The notes: a model not told the origin generated them from the letters alone. A DNA stretch of 10,559 nt from an uncultured archaeon (GCA_964551725.1 CAZKED010000031.1:1-10559), one strand, 5' to 3'; positions 1 through 6,908 are shown, counted from the first letter of the stretch. Translations and numbers: made by a program.

Positions 1-2
1 AC

Positions 3-212
3 GGCTCAATCGGAATTCTCACAACTGACGGCGATTTATTTTGCGGTGACCTGCTTGCAAATATAAACAAACCAGATTTATGGCTTATTGTTGACGACAA
101 AGCAGCCATGAATGCCAGTGCCAAGAAACTGAAAAGCCTAAAAATAAATATGGTTTATCCCGGACACGGCAAGCCATTCCAAATGGAACTGTTCCTAAAA
201 AACCAGCGATAA
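3..212 (+). CDS. MBL-fold metallo-hydrolase, C-terminal fragment (5' truncated by window edge)
   Basis: Not in the ORF track. Frame +3 reads GSIGILTTDGDLFCGDLLAN...LKSLKINMVYPGHGKPF...NQR* (TAA 210-212). LFCGD and YPGHG are the C-terminal metal-ligand motifs of metallo-beta-lactamase-fold proteins. Confidence 0.85.
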   Translation, partial: GSIGILTTDGDLFCGDLLANINKPDLWLIVDDKAAMNASAKKLKSLKINMVYPGHGKPFQMELFLKNQR

Positions 213-313
213 ACAGGATTGGCCGATTTTTGGCAAAAAAAGAAGAAATAAGGTGGCGCATAAAAAGGCCAAAAATGACTAAAAACAAGCAATAAACAGC
301 ATTTAATGCATGA

Positions 314-322
314 TTTTATAAA
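314..322 (+). promoter_or_regulatory. Putative archaeal TATA box for a leaderless AAA ATPase transcript
   Basis: TTTTATAAA lies about 25-33 nt upstream of ATG 347, and there is no SD sequence before that ATG. Confidence 0.5.
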
Positions 323-346
323 CTTTTATGTATTATATTGTTTCTA

Positions 347-1609
347 ATGAACGATGTTAGGAATGTTTTGGTTCGGCAAAAGGCAGAGCTGGAAAATCGG
401 TTTAAAGAGATCTACATTGAGAGAGACACCAAACTCAAAATAGGCTCTGTCAAGGATAACTTGATTAGAGTAATTGTTGGGCCCAGAAGGGCAGGGAAGT
501 CTTTTTTTGCTGTTCATTGGCTCAAGAAAAACGCAAAATTTGGTTACATTAATTTTGATGACGAAAAGCTTGCTGCAGCGAAAGACTTTGACGAACTGCT
601 CACAGTAGCTGATTTGTTATACGGTTCTCCTGAGCTTCTCCTGCTTGACGAGATTCAAAACTTTGACAAATGGGAATTGGTTGCCAACAGGCTGCAAAGG
701 CAGGGAAGAAAATTATTCATTACCGGCAGCAATTCAAACCTGCTAAGCAAAGAGCTCGCAACACACCTTACTGGCCGGCATTTGCAAATAACTGTTTTCC
801 CGTTTTCCTTCAAAGAATTCATAAAACAACAAAACCAGGAAATGACCACCACACAAACAGCCGAGAAACTGTTTGAATACGCAATACACGGCGGCTACCC
901 GGAACCATTAGTCAAGAAAATTAACCACAATGAATATTTGTCCACGCTGTTTGATTCCATTCTCTTCAAGGACATTGTAAAAAGATACAAGATAAGAAAA
1001 CCCAACGCAATAGAAGACCTGGCACAATTTCTCTTGTCAAATGTTGGCAGCGAGTACTCTTTCCAGCGCCTGGCAGAACTCACAAAATCAAAAAGCGCCC
1101 ACACAGTACAAAAATACTTGGGCTATTTAGAGGAAGCATTCCTGCTCTTTTCACTGAAAAGATTCTCTTTCAAAACAAGGGCGCAATTGGCTTCCAACAA
1201 AAAAATTTACGCAATCGACAACGGTTTCATTTCCGCAAAATCATCCAAATCAACACACGATACAGGCAAGCGATATGAAAACATTGTTGCAGTGCACCTG
1301 AAAAAAGCAGAAATTGACGGAAAACTGGATTTTTACTACTGGAAAAACCCGCAGCACGAGGAAGTGGATTTCGTAATAAAAGAAGGCACAAAAATAACCA
1401 AGCTTATACAGGTTTGCTATGATATTTCCAATCCAAACACAAAAAAAAGGGAAATACGCGCTCTAATAAAAGCCAAACAAGAACTCAAATGCAATGAACT
1501 AATAGTGCTGACAAATGATTATGAAGCAGAAGAAAACACAGAATGGTTTGGCGAAAAAGCAAAAATAAAATTTATTCCGCTCTGGAAATGGCTGCTAGAA
1601 AGAGGATAA
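347..1609 (+). CDS. AAA_14 family ATP-binding protein with C-terminal DUF4143 domain
   Basis: Walker A GPRRAGKS, Walker B LLLLDEIQN, ITGSNS, LTGR, GGYP, KIYAIDNG, ENIV, YYWK..EVDFVI..IQVC. ATG 347 is preferred over TTG 338 on promoter spacing. Confidence 0.9.
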   Translation: MNDVRNVLVRQKAELENRFKEIYIERDTKLKIGSVKDNLIRVIVGPRRAGKSFFAVHWLKKNAKFGYINFDDEKLAAAKDFDELLTVADLLYGSPELLLLDEIQNFDKWELVANRLQRQGRKLFITGSNSNLLSKELATHLTGRHLQITVFPFSFKEFIKQQNQEMTTTQTAEKLFEYAIHGGYPEPLVKKINHNEYLSTLFDSILFKDIVKRYKIRKPNAIEDLAQFLLSNVGSEYSFQRLAELTKSKSAHTVQKYLGYLEEAFLLFSLKRFSFKTRAQLASNKKIYAIDNGFISAKSSKSTHDTGKRYENIVAVHLKKAEIDGKLDFYYWKNPQHEEVDFVIKEGTKITKLIQVCYDISNPNTKKREIRALIKAKQELKCNELIVLTNDYEAEENTEWFGEKAKIKFIPLWKWLLERG

Positions 1610-1676
1610 GCAGCAATACTCCCCAAATAATACAAAATACCTCAAATAACAGCTAAAAACAATAAACTTTTAACCA

Positions 1677-1718
1677 ATCATTGCCATGCGATGTATTAGG
1701 CAATGATGATGTCATTGC
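1677..1718. repeat. Inverted-repeat cluster / possible hairpin terminator between convergent genes
   Basis: ATCATTGCC (1677-1685) pairs perfectly with GGCAATGAT (1699-1707). GCAATGA (1700-1706) also pairs with TCATTGC (1712-1718). Confidence 0.6.
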
Positions 1719-2650
1719 TTTGGTTCTGTTTTGAACCATTCAACCGTTTTTTCCAGGCCATCTTCCAATGGCACTTTTGGCTGCCAGCCGAGCTTTTCCC
1801 TTGCAAGGGAAATGTCCGCGCGCCTGCGCGCGGGGTCGTCCTCGGGCAGTGGCAGGAATTTTATTTCTGACTCTGAGCCGGTGAGAGACTTTATTTTTTC
1901 CGCGAGCGTGAGAATGGTTATTTCCTCCGGGTTGCCAATGTTCACAGGCATCGCGTAATCCGAGCCCATCAGCGCCGTTAGGCCGGCAACCTGATCGGAA
2001 ATGTAGCAAAAGGAGCGAGTCTGCTTTCCCTTCCCGTAAACTGTCAGGGGTTTGCCCTGCAATGCCTGCACTATGAAGTTTGGTACAACTCTGCCGTCAT
2101 CCGAGCGCATCCTCGGACCGTAAGTGTTGAAAATGCGCGCTATGCGGATTTCCAGGCCGTATTTTTTTCCGTACTCCATTGCAGCGGTTTCCGCAAAACG
2201 CTTTCCCTCGTCGTAGCACGAGCGCGCTCCGACGGTATTCACGTTGCCGTAATAGGATTCCTTTTGCGGGTGTTGCAGCGGGTCGCCGTAAACCTCGGAG
2301 GTTGAAGCCTGGAGAAATTTCGCATTGTTCTTTTTTGCAAGTTCCAGCGCATTGAGCGTTCCGAGCGAGTTTACAAGCAGTGTTTCAAGGGGCATTTTCT
2401 GGTAGAAGAGCGGGGAGGCAAGGGAAGCGAGATTGTAAATTGCGTGCACCCTTTCCTTCAGCGGGATTTTTTTTGTGATGTCGTGCTCGAGAAGAGTGAA
2501 ATTTTTGTTGTCCGCGAAACCTGAAATGTTTTCCCTGCGACCGGTGGCAAAATTGTCAATTGCTATTACTTTGTTTCCTTTTGAGAGCAAAAATTCGCAC
2601 AAGTGCGATCCAATGAATCCTGCGCCGCCGGTGACAACAATTGTTTTCAT
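1712..2650 (-). CDS. uxs: UDP-glucuronate decarboxylase (UDP-xylose synthase), extended SDR family
   Basis: TGGAGFIGSHL Rossmann motif, LASLASP, ASTSEVYGDP, RSCYDEGKR (YxxxK), RIFNTYGPRM..DDGRVV.NF, QTRSFCY, PVNIGNP, DDP.RR. SD-like AGGCGG upstream. Confidence 0.9.
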   Translation of the reverse strand: MKTIVVTGGAGFIGSHLCEFLLSKGNKVIAIDNFATGRRENISGFADNKNFTLLEHDITKKIPLKERVHAIYNLASLASPLFYQKMPLETLLVNSLGTLNALELAKKNNAKFLQASTSEVYGDPLQHPQKESYYGNVNTVGARSCYDEGKRFAETAAMEYGKKYGLEIRIARIFNTYGPRMRSDDGRVVPNFIVQALQGKPLTVYGKGKQTRSFCYISDQVAGLTALMGSDYAMPVNIGNPEEITILTLAEKIKSLTGSESEIKFLPLPEDDPARRRADISLAREKLGWQPKVPLEDGLEKTVEWFKTEPKQ

Positions 2651-2665
2651 TTTTCCGCCTTTCTT

Positions 2666-3406
2666 TCAGGGACTGAATTCCTTTCTCGCCTTTTCCAGGG
2701 ACTCAATTGAGCCAATGTCGAACCAGTTTCCCCGGGGAGCGTGACCGTAAACCGCGGTGTTTTTGTGGAGCCACTGTACAAAATTGCCGGGCTGATCCAT
2801 GCTGTTTCCTTCCTCCGCATACTTGTCAAGCAGGGCAATCGACTCGCGGGTGTAAAAATAGATTCCGGTCGAGGCAAGCGTGGATTTCGGCTCAGAGGGC
2901 TTTTCCTGGAAGCCCGTCATTTTTCCATTGGAATCAACGCTCACGACTCCGTATAACTTCGCTTTTTCCCTGCTTTCCACGTCGTAGAGTCCGACCACCG
3001 GCACGCCTTTTTCCCTGAAAAGGGAGTGCATTTCCTTTAGAGAGAAATCGAACAGGTTGTCGCCACTTATTACAAGCACGTCGTCGTCAATTTTTTCCTT
3101 CCGAACCACGAAGCGCTTGTCGCCTATTGCGCCGAGCCTGTTTTCGTTCGAAGTGGTGCCGTCATTTAATACTTTTAATTTCATTTTCGTTTTTTTACTG
3201 AATTCCCTGCACCATTCCGCGAATTTTTCGTAATAGCGCGCGTTGGTCACAATGAACACTTCGTCCACTGCACCAACTTCTTCTATTTTTCTCATTATGT
3301 GGTTTATCACCGGCTCGCCCTTTACTTCGAGCAGTGCCTTCGGCATGCTTTTTGTGAGGGGGTGCAGCCTCGTGCCGTATCCTGCAGCGGGAATTATTGC
3401 CTTCAT
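2666..3406 (-). CDS. Sugar-1-phosphate nucleotidyltransferase (NTP_transferase family, RmlA/GalU-like), catalytic motifs intact
   Basis: Start reassigned to ATG 3406 (MKAIIPAAGYGTRLHPLTKSMPKALL), with GGAGG upstream inside the fbp 3' end. GDNLF, YGVV, FQEKP and WFDIG motifs are present. Substrate specificity cannot be read reliably. Confidence 0.9.
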   Translation of the reverse strand: MKAIIPAAGYGTRLHPLTKSMPKALLEVKGEPVINHIMRKIEEVGAVDEVFIVTNARYYEKFAEWCREFSKKTKMKLKVLNDGTTSNENRLGAIGDKRFVVRKEKIDDDVLVISGDNLFDFSLKEMHSLFREKGVPVVGLYDVESREKAKLYGVVSVDSNGKMTGFQEKPSEPKSTLASTGIYFYTRESIALLDKYAEEGNSMDQPGNFVQWLHKNTAVYGHAPRGNWFDIGSIESLEKARKEFSP

Positions 3407-3413
3407 TCCGAGT

Positions 3414-4532
3414 TCAGTCCTCCGCTTTCTTGAACCTCGGCTTGAGCTTTTTGAGCACTTCGGGCAAAGTGGTGTATTCAAGTTCCTTTTCGCTTACCCT
3501 GTGCGGCTCAAATGGACCGTGCCTCCGCATGTAGTCGGTTATTTCAAGGCACCTCTGTCTGGTGAGGTCGAAGCTTTTGTCGTCGAACAGGTCTTTTGGT
3601 CCTTCCAACTTGCCGTTGTTTACGTTGAAGCCCATTCCCACTACGCGCGGCGGGCCGTCGAATCTGGTCGGAGTGGCATCCTTTTGCGCTACCGGCATTA
3701 ATGGACCCTTGTGCGAGCCGCGCATCCAGCCGCTGACCAAGTGCCCCAGAGTGAATCCTTCCAATACCTCGCCTGTCGCCGGAAAGCCGCTCTGCGACCT
3801 TACCATGCAGACCGGATCGTCCTTGCCGACGTATTTTCCCGCGCTCAAACTGAGTTTTTCCGTGCAGACCGTTGCGGCAATCCTTTCTTCCGGGCTTTCG
3901 GAACCGCGCTTGTAGATTCTCTTTATTGCGTAAGTGCTCGTCGTTCCAATCAGCGCGAGCAGTTCGTACATTTCGTCAGGGGTGTCCATTGTTACCTTTA
4001 AGTGCTTGTATACGTCCAGTACCTCAAATGAAAAGCCGTCAATTGCTTTAGGGTCTATCACAAGGCCAGCGGTGTTGAAGGGATCAGCGAAAATCCTGAA
4101 CAAGGGCAGGTTAAATGCTGACGGCTCGGTCTTGTCGCAGGCGAACACAAGCAACGGGTCGGATTTTCTTTCCTCGAACGTCATCTCCGCTACGCCCGGT
4201 CCCTGCCCGCGCACGTTGCCCGAAAAGGCATCCGAGAGCAGGTCCTGTCCTGCACCGTACAATTTGTGCTTTTTTGCGTACTGCGCGCATTTCATGAAGC
4301 CGTCCCAGGCGAGCTTGTGAATCTTGGGGTTGTCTCTTCCCGTGCGGTGTGTCATTACAGTGTTTATGTCGTCCCCGCAGTAGAACACGTGGAAGTCCTC
4401 CAGCAGCTTTTTTTTCACCCCCTGCTTTTGCAGGTGCTCGGACATTATGTCAAGCATCTCCTTTGGCACCACAATGTGCCCCGCAATGCTGCCTACATCC
4501 GCTTTGATGCACGAAACGGTTATTTTTACCAT
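3414..4532 (-). CDS. fbp: Bifunctional fructose-1,6-bisphosphate aldolase/phosphatase (class V FBPase)
   Basis: KADVGS..GH, GDD, LYGAGQDLLSDAFSGNVRG, DKTEP, FADPFNTAGLVIDP, GKYVGKDDP (Tyr and Schiff-base Lys), GWMRGSH, RFDGPP, RRHGPFEPHR, EYTTLP. Confidence 0.97.
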   Translation of the reverse strand: MVKITVSCIKADVGSIAGHIVVPKEMLDIMSEHLQKQGVKKKLLEDFHVFYCGDDINTVMTHRTGRDNPKIHKLAWDGFMKCAQYAKKHKLYGAGQDLLSDAFSGNVRGQGPGVAEMTFEERKSDPLLVFACDKTEPSAFNLPLFRIFADPFNTAGLVIDPKAIDGFSFEVLDVYKHLKVTMDTPDEMYELLALIGTTSTYAIKRIYKRGSESPEERIAATVCTEKLSLSAGKYVGKDDPVCMVRSQSGFPATGEVLEGFTLGHLVSGWMRGSHKGPLMPVAQKDATPTRFDGPPRVVGMGFNVNNGKLEGPKDLFDDKSFDLTRQRCLEITDYMRRHGPFEPHRVSEKELEYTTLPEVLKKLKPRFKKAED

Positions 4533-4540
4533 TAAAAACT

Positions 4541-4548
4541 ACCTCCTT
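4541..4548 (-). promoter_or_regulatory. Shine-Dalgarno sequence of fbp
   Basis: AAGGAGGT on the minus strand, 8 nt before ATG 4532. Confidence 0.8.
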
Positions 4549-4582
4549 GCCTTATTTTTTCTTTCAATTTTTTTCATTCTTT

Positions 4583-5881
4583 TCATACTCCGATTCCTTC
4601 ATATTTGAATCCCGCTTTTTCAAGCGATTTCCTGCTGTAAATGTTTCTTCCGTCTATTATTATCGCGCGGTTCATCAGCTTTTTTGCCTTTTCAAAGTCC
4701 ATTTCCTTGAACTCGTTCCATTCCGTTACGAGAATCATTGCATCGGCTTTCTCCAGAGCGGAATACGCTGAATCGCAATAATTTATGTTGGGAAATATTT
4801 TTCTTGCTTCTTTTTCGGCTACTGGATCAAAGGCGTTCACCCTCGCGCCCTCTTTCAGCAGTTTCCTTATGATTGCAATGGATGAAGCCTCCCTCATGTC
4901 GTCAGTTTCCGGCTTGAAGGAAAGGCCCAGCACGGCGATTTTTTTGCCCTTTAGGCTTCCTACAAGCTTTTGGGCTTTCTCAACTGGCAGTATTTTCTGC
5001 TCTTTGTTCACCCGCTCCGCTGCCCTCGGAATCATTAATTCCACGCCGTAGTCTTTTCCTATGTGCACCAGTGCGCTCACGTCCTTGGGAAAGCAGCTGC
5101 CGCCCCAGCCGCAGCCCGCGTTCAGGAAATAGGGCCCTATGCGGCTGTCGAGTCCCATGCCCTCTGCAACCTTTTTCACACTGGCATTCGCTCTGTCGCA
5201 AAGCCTGGAGACTTCGTTGATGAAGGAAATTTTTGTCGCGAGGAATGCGTTCGAGGCATACTTGATGAGTTCCGCGCTTTTCACGTCGGTGAAAACCATT
5301 TTTGCGTTGAGCGGGGCGTAAAGTTTCCTCATAACCTCGGCGGCTTCAGGGTCGCCGTTCCCTATTACGATTCTGTCCGGTTTTAGGAAATCGTTTATTG
5401 CACAGCCTTCGCGCAAAAATTCCGGGTTTGACACAACGTGGAATTTTTCCCTTCCCCTGTAATGCTTCTTTATTATTTTTTCAACCATGCCGCCGGTGCC
5501 CACGGGCACGGTGCTCTTGTTCACTATTATTTTTCCGCTGTCCGCTCCATTCATCGCCTTTGCAATGGATTCCGCGGCTTGCTTCACGTATTTGAGGTCT
5601 GCCTTTCCGTTCTTTCCTTCGGGCGTTCCCACGGCGATAAAAATGATTTCGGATTCCTTTACTGCCCTGTCCACGTTGAGAGTGAATGAAATCCTCTGCT
5701 CCGCAATGTTTCTTTCGAGCAATTCTTCCAGGCCGGGCTCGTAAATCGGGCTTTCCCCGCGCCTGAGCATTTCCACTTTTTCCTCGTCCACGTCAACGCA
5801 GGTTACGTGGTTTCCGAGGTCGGCGAGGCACGCCCCCACGACCAACCCTACATAACCCGTGCCAATAACAGCAATCCTCAC
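4583..5881 (-). CDS. ugd: UDP-glucose 6-dehydrogenase (UDP-glucose/GDP-mannose dehydrogenase family)
   Basis: GTG start with GGTGG SD (5886-5890). Motifs IGTGYVG, PIYEPGL, IAVGTP, NKSTVPVGT, SNPEFLREG, KYASNAFLATKISFINE, GGSCFPKD (catalytic Cys), GLSFKPETDDMRE, DGRN. Confidence 0.95.
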   Translation of the reverse strand: MRIAVIGTGYVGLVVGACLADLGNHVTCVDVDEEKVEMLRRGESPIYEPGLEELLERNIAEQRISFTLNVDRAVKESEIIFIAVGTPEGKNGKADLKYVKQAAESIAKAMNGADSGKIIVNKSTVPVGTGGMVEKIIKKHYRGREKFHVVSNPEFLREGCAINDFLKPDRIVIGNGDPEAAEVMRKLYAPLNAKMVFTDVKSAELIKYASNAFLATKISFINEVSRLCDRANASVKKVAEGMGLDSRIGPYFLNAGCGWGGSCFPKDVSALVHIGKDYGVELMIPRAAERVNKEQKILPVEKAQKLVGSLKGKKIAVLGLSFKPETDDMREASSIAIIRKLLKEGARVNAFDPVAEKEARKIFPNINYCDSAYSALEKADAMILVTEWNEFKEMDFEKAKKLMNRAIIIDGRNIYSRKSLEKAGFKYEGIGV

Positions 5882-5943
5882 TTTTCCACCATTTCATTAA
5901 AAAAAACGCCAAAAACGGGCAAAGCCGTAGAGGAAAGAGGCGG

Positions 5944-5960
5944 GAAAAGGTTTAAATATA
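5944..5960 (+). promoter_or_regulatory. Archaeal BRE-TATA promoter for the RHH-fusion gene; possibly shared with the divergent ugd operon
   Basis: GAAAAGG-TTTAAATATA is a purine-rich BRE followed by a TATA box. It reads TATATTTAAA on the minus strand. Confidence 0.7.
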
Positions 5961-5993
5961 TGACTACCTCATACTCCGTATGAGATAGTATGA
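5959..5993. promoter_or_regulatory. Putative operator array for an RHH repressor
   Basis: TATGA 5959, TCATA 5969, TATGA 5979, TATGA 5989 (exact 10-bp period). Central palindrome CTCATAC-TCC-GTATGAG (5968-5984) extends to 11/12 paired positions over 5963-5989. Confidence 0.65.
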
Positions 5994-6022
5994 TATTTGT
6001 AACTGAATGCAAGGGTGGTTGA

Positions 6023-6832
6023 ATGCCGCGTAAGAGGATTACCATAACAATAAAGGACGACCTGCTGAAGCAAATTGACGCAATGCAGGACGGCGTTTCT
6101 GTGAGGAGCAGGAGCCAGGCGTTCGAGTTCCTGCTAAGCAAAGTGCTCTCGCATTCCGCGCTGCACTCCGCGCTTGTTCTCGCAGGCGGGGGAAAGGCAA
6201 TGCTTGTCGACAGGAAACCCAAATTTCTGGTCCCGCTCGGGGAAAAATTCCTGCTCCAGCGCGTTGTCGAATCATTGGGGGACGCCGGAGTGAGGGACTT
6301 CATTATTTACTCCGACACTTTTTCCCAAGAAATAAGGGAGAAGCTGCAGGACAGCACGCCCTTCAACATGAAATTTGTTTCAGCAGGCAAGCCCGAGGGC
6401 ACCGTAAAGCCGCTTTTCAGGGCGAGGAAATTTCTCACCGAAACATTCCTGCTCGCTTACGGGGACACGCTCTGCTCCCTGAACATAAACGAAATGGTTG
6501 AATTCCACCGCGACAACGATTCAATTGCAACAATCGCCCTTACCACAGTGAGCAATCCCTCGAGTTTCGGCGTGGCTTTGCTGCAGGGAAACAAAGTCAG
6601 CAAATTCATCCAGAAACCCGGAAAGGACATAGGCAGTTTCCTAGTGAACGCGGGCTATTTCCTCTTCGAGCCAAAAATCTTTTCGCACCTTTCAAAAAGG
6701 GACAGGAGCCTTGAAAAGGACGTTCTGCCGCGCCTAGCGGAAAAAGGACTGCTCTTCGGATACCCCTTCCAGGGGCTTTACGTGAACGTTAACACGAGAA
6801 AAGACCTGAAAAGGGCGAGAATACTGCTCTGA
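6023..6832 (+). CDS. Fusion of an N-terminal CopG/NikR-like ribbon-helix-helix domain and a C-terminal nucleotidyltransferase-like domain (mannose-1-phosphate guanylyltransferase-like, degenerate); putative transcriptional regulator
   Basis: Residues ~1-43 RKRITITIKDDLLKQID...RSRSQAFEFLL follow the RHH pattern. The remainder has ALVLAGG..PK, GT, AYGD, FGVA, QKP, VNAGYF and SLEKDVLP. GGTGG SD at 6014-6018. Confidence 0.85.
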   Translation: MPRKRITITIKDDLLKQIDAMQDGVSVRSRSQAFEFLLSKVLSHSALHSALVLAGGGKAMLVDRKPKFLVPLGEKFLLQRVVESLGDAGVRDFIIYSDTFSQEIREKLQDSTPFNMKFVSAGKPEGTVKPLFRARKFLTETFLLAYGDTLCSLNINEMVEFHRDNDSIATIALTTVSNPSSFGVALLQGNKVSKFIQKPGKDIGSFLVNAGYFLFEPKIFSHLSKRDRSLEKDVLPRLAEKGLLFGYPFQGLYVNVNTRKDLKRARILL

Positions 6833-6885
6833 ATTCCGTATTCAGCAAGCCCTTGCGGAACAGTTCCAAATTAAAAGATTTTGGC

Positions 6886-6908
6886 TTTTATTTATTTTTC
6901 TTTCTTCT
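6886..6908 (+). terminator. T-rich tract: possible archaeal terminator (or TATA-like element for hpt)
   Basis: TTTTATTTATTTTTCTTTCTTCT, about 55 nt after the stop codon at 6832 and preceded by short inverted repeats. Confidence 0.35.

Noticed and set aside
85-288. 67-aa minus-strand ORF
   Set aside because: It is antisense to the MBL-fold fragment, which has clear motifs.
1610-1670. AAATA/CAAATAA recurrences as a CRISPR or tandem repeat
   Set aside because: Too short and irregular. This is low-complexity A-rich spacer, T-rich on the minus strand and perhaps terminating the sugar operon.
3407-3481. 25-residue N-terminal extension of the nucleotidyltransferase in the ORF track (contains CPKC)
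   Set aside because: It overlaps fbp in another frame. The family begins at MKAIIPAAG and a GGAGG SD precedes ATG 3406.
6023-6150. Calling the RHH protein NikR (nickel regulator)
   Set aside because: There is no C-terminal ACT-like nickel-binding domain with His/Cys ligands and no nickel genes nearby. Only the DNA-binding module is NikR-like.
5878-6303. 141-aa minus-strand ORF ending at the ugd start
   Set aside because: It is antisense to the RHH-fusion gene, runs through the promoter/operator and has no recognisable motif, so it is a shadow ORF. Only its last four codons are kept, as a possible uORF.
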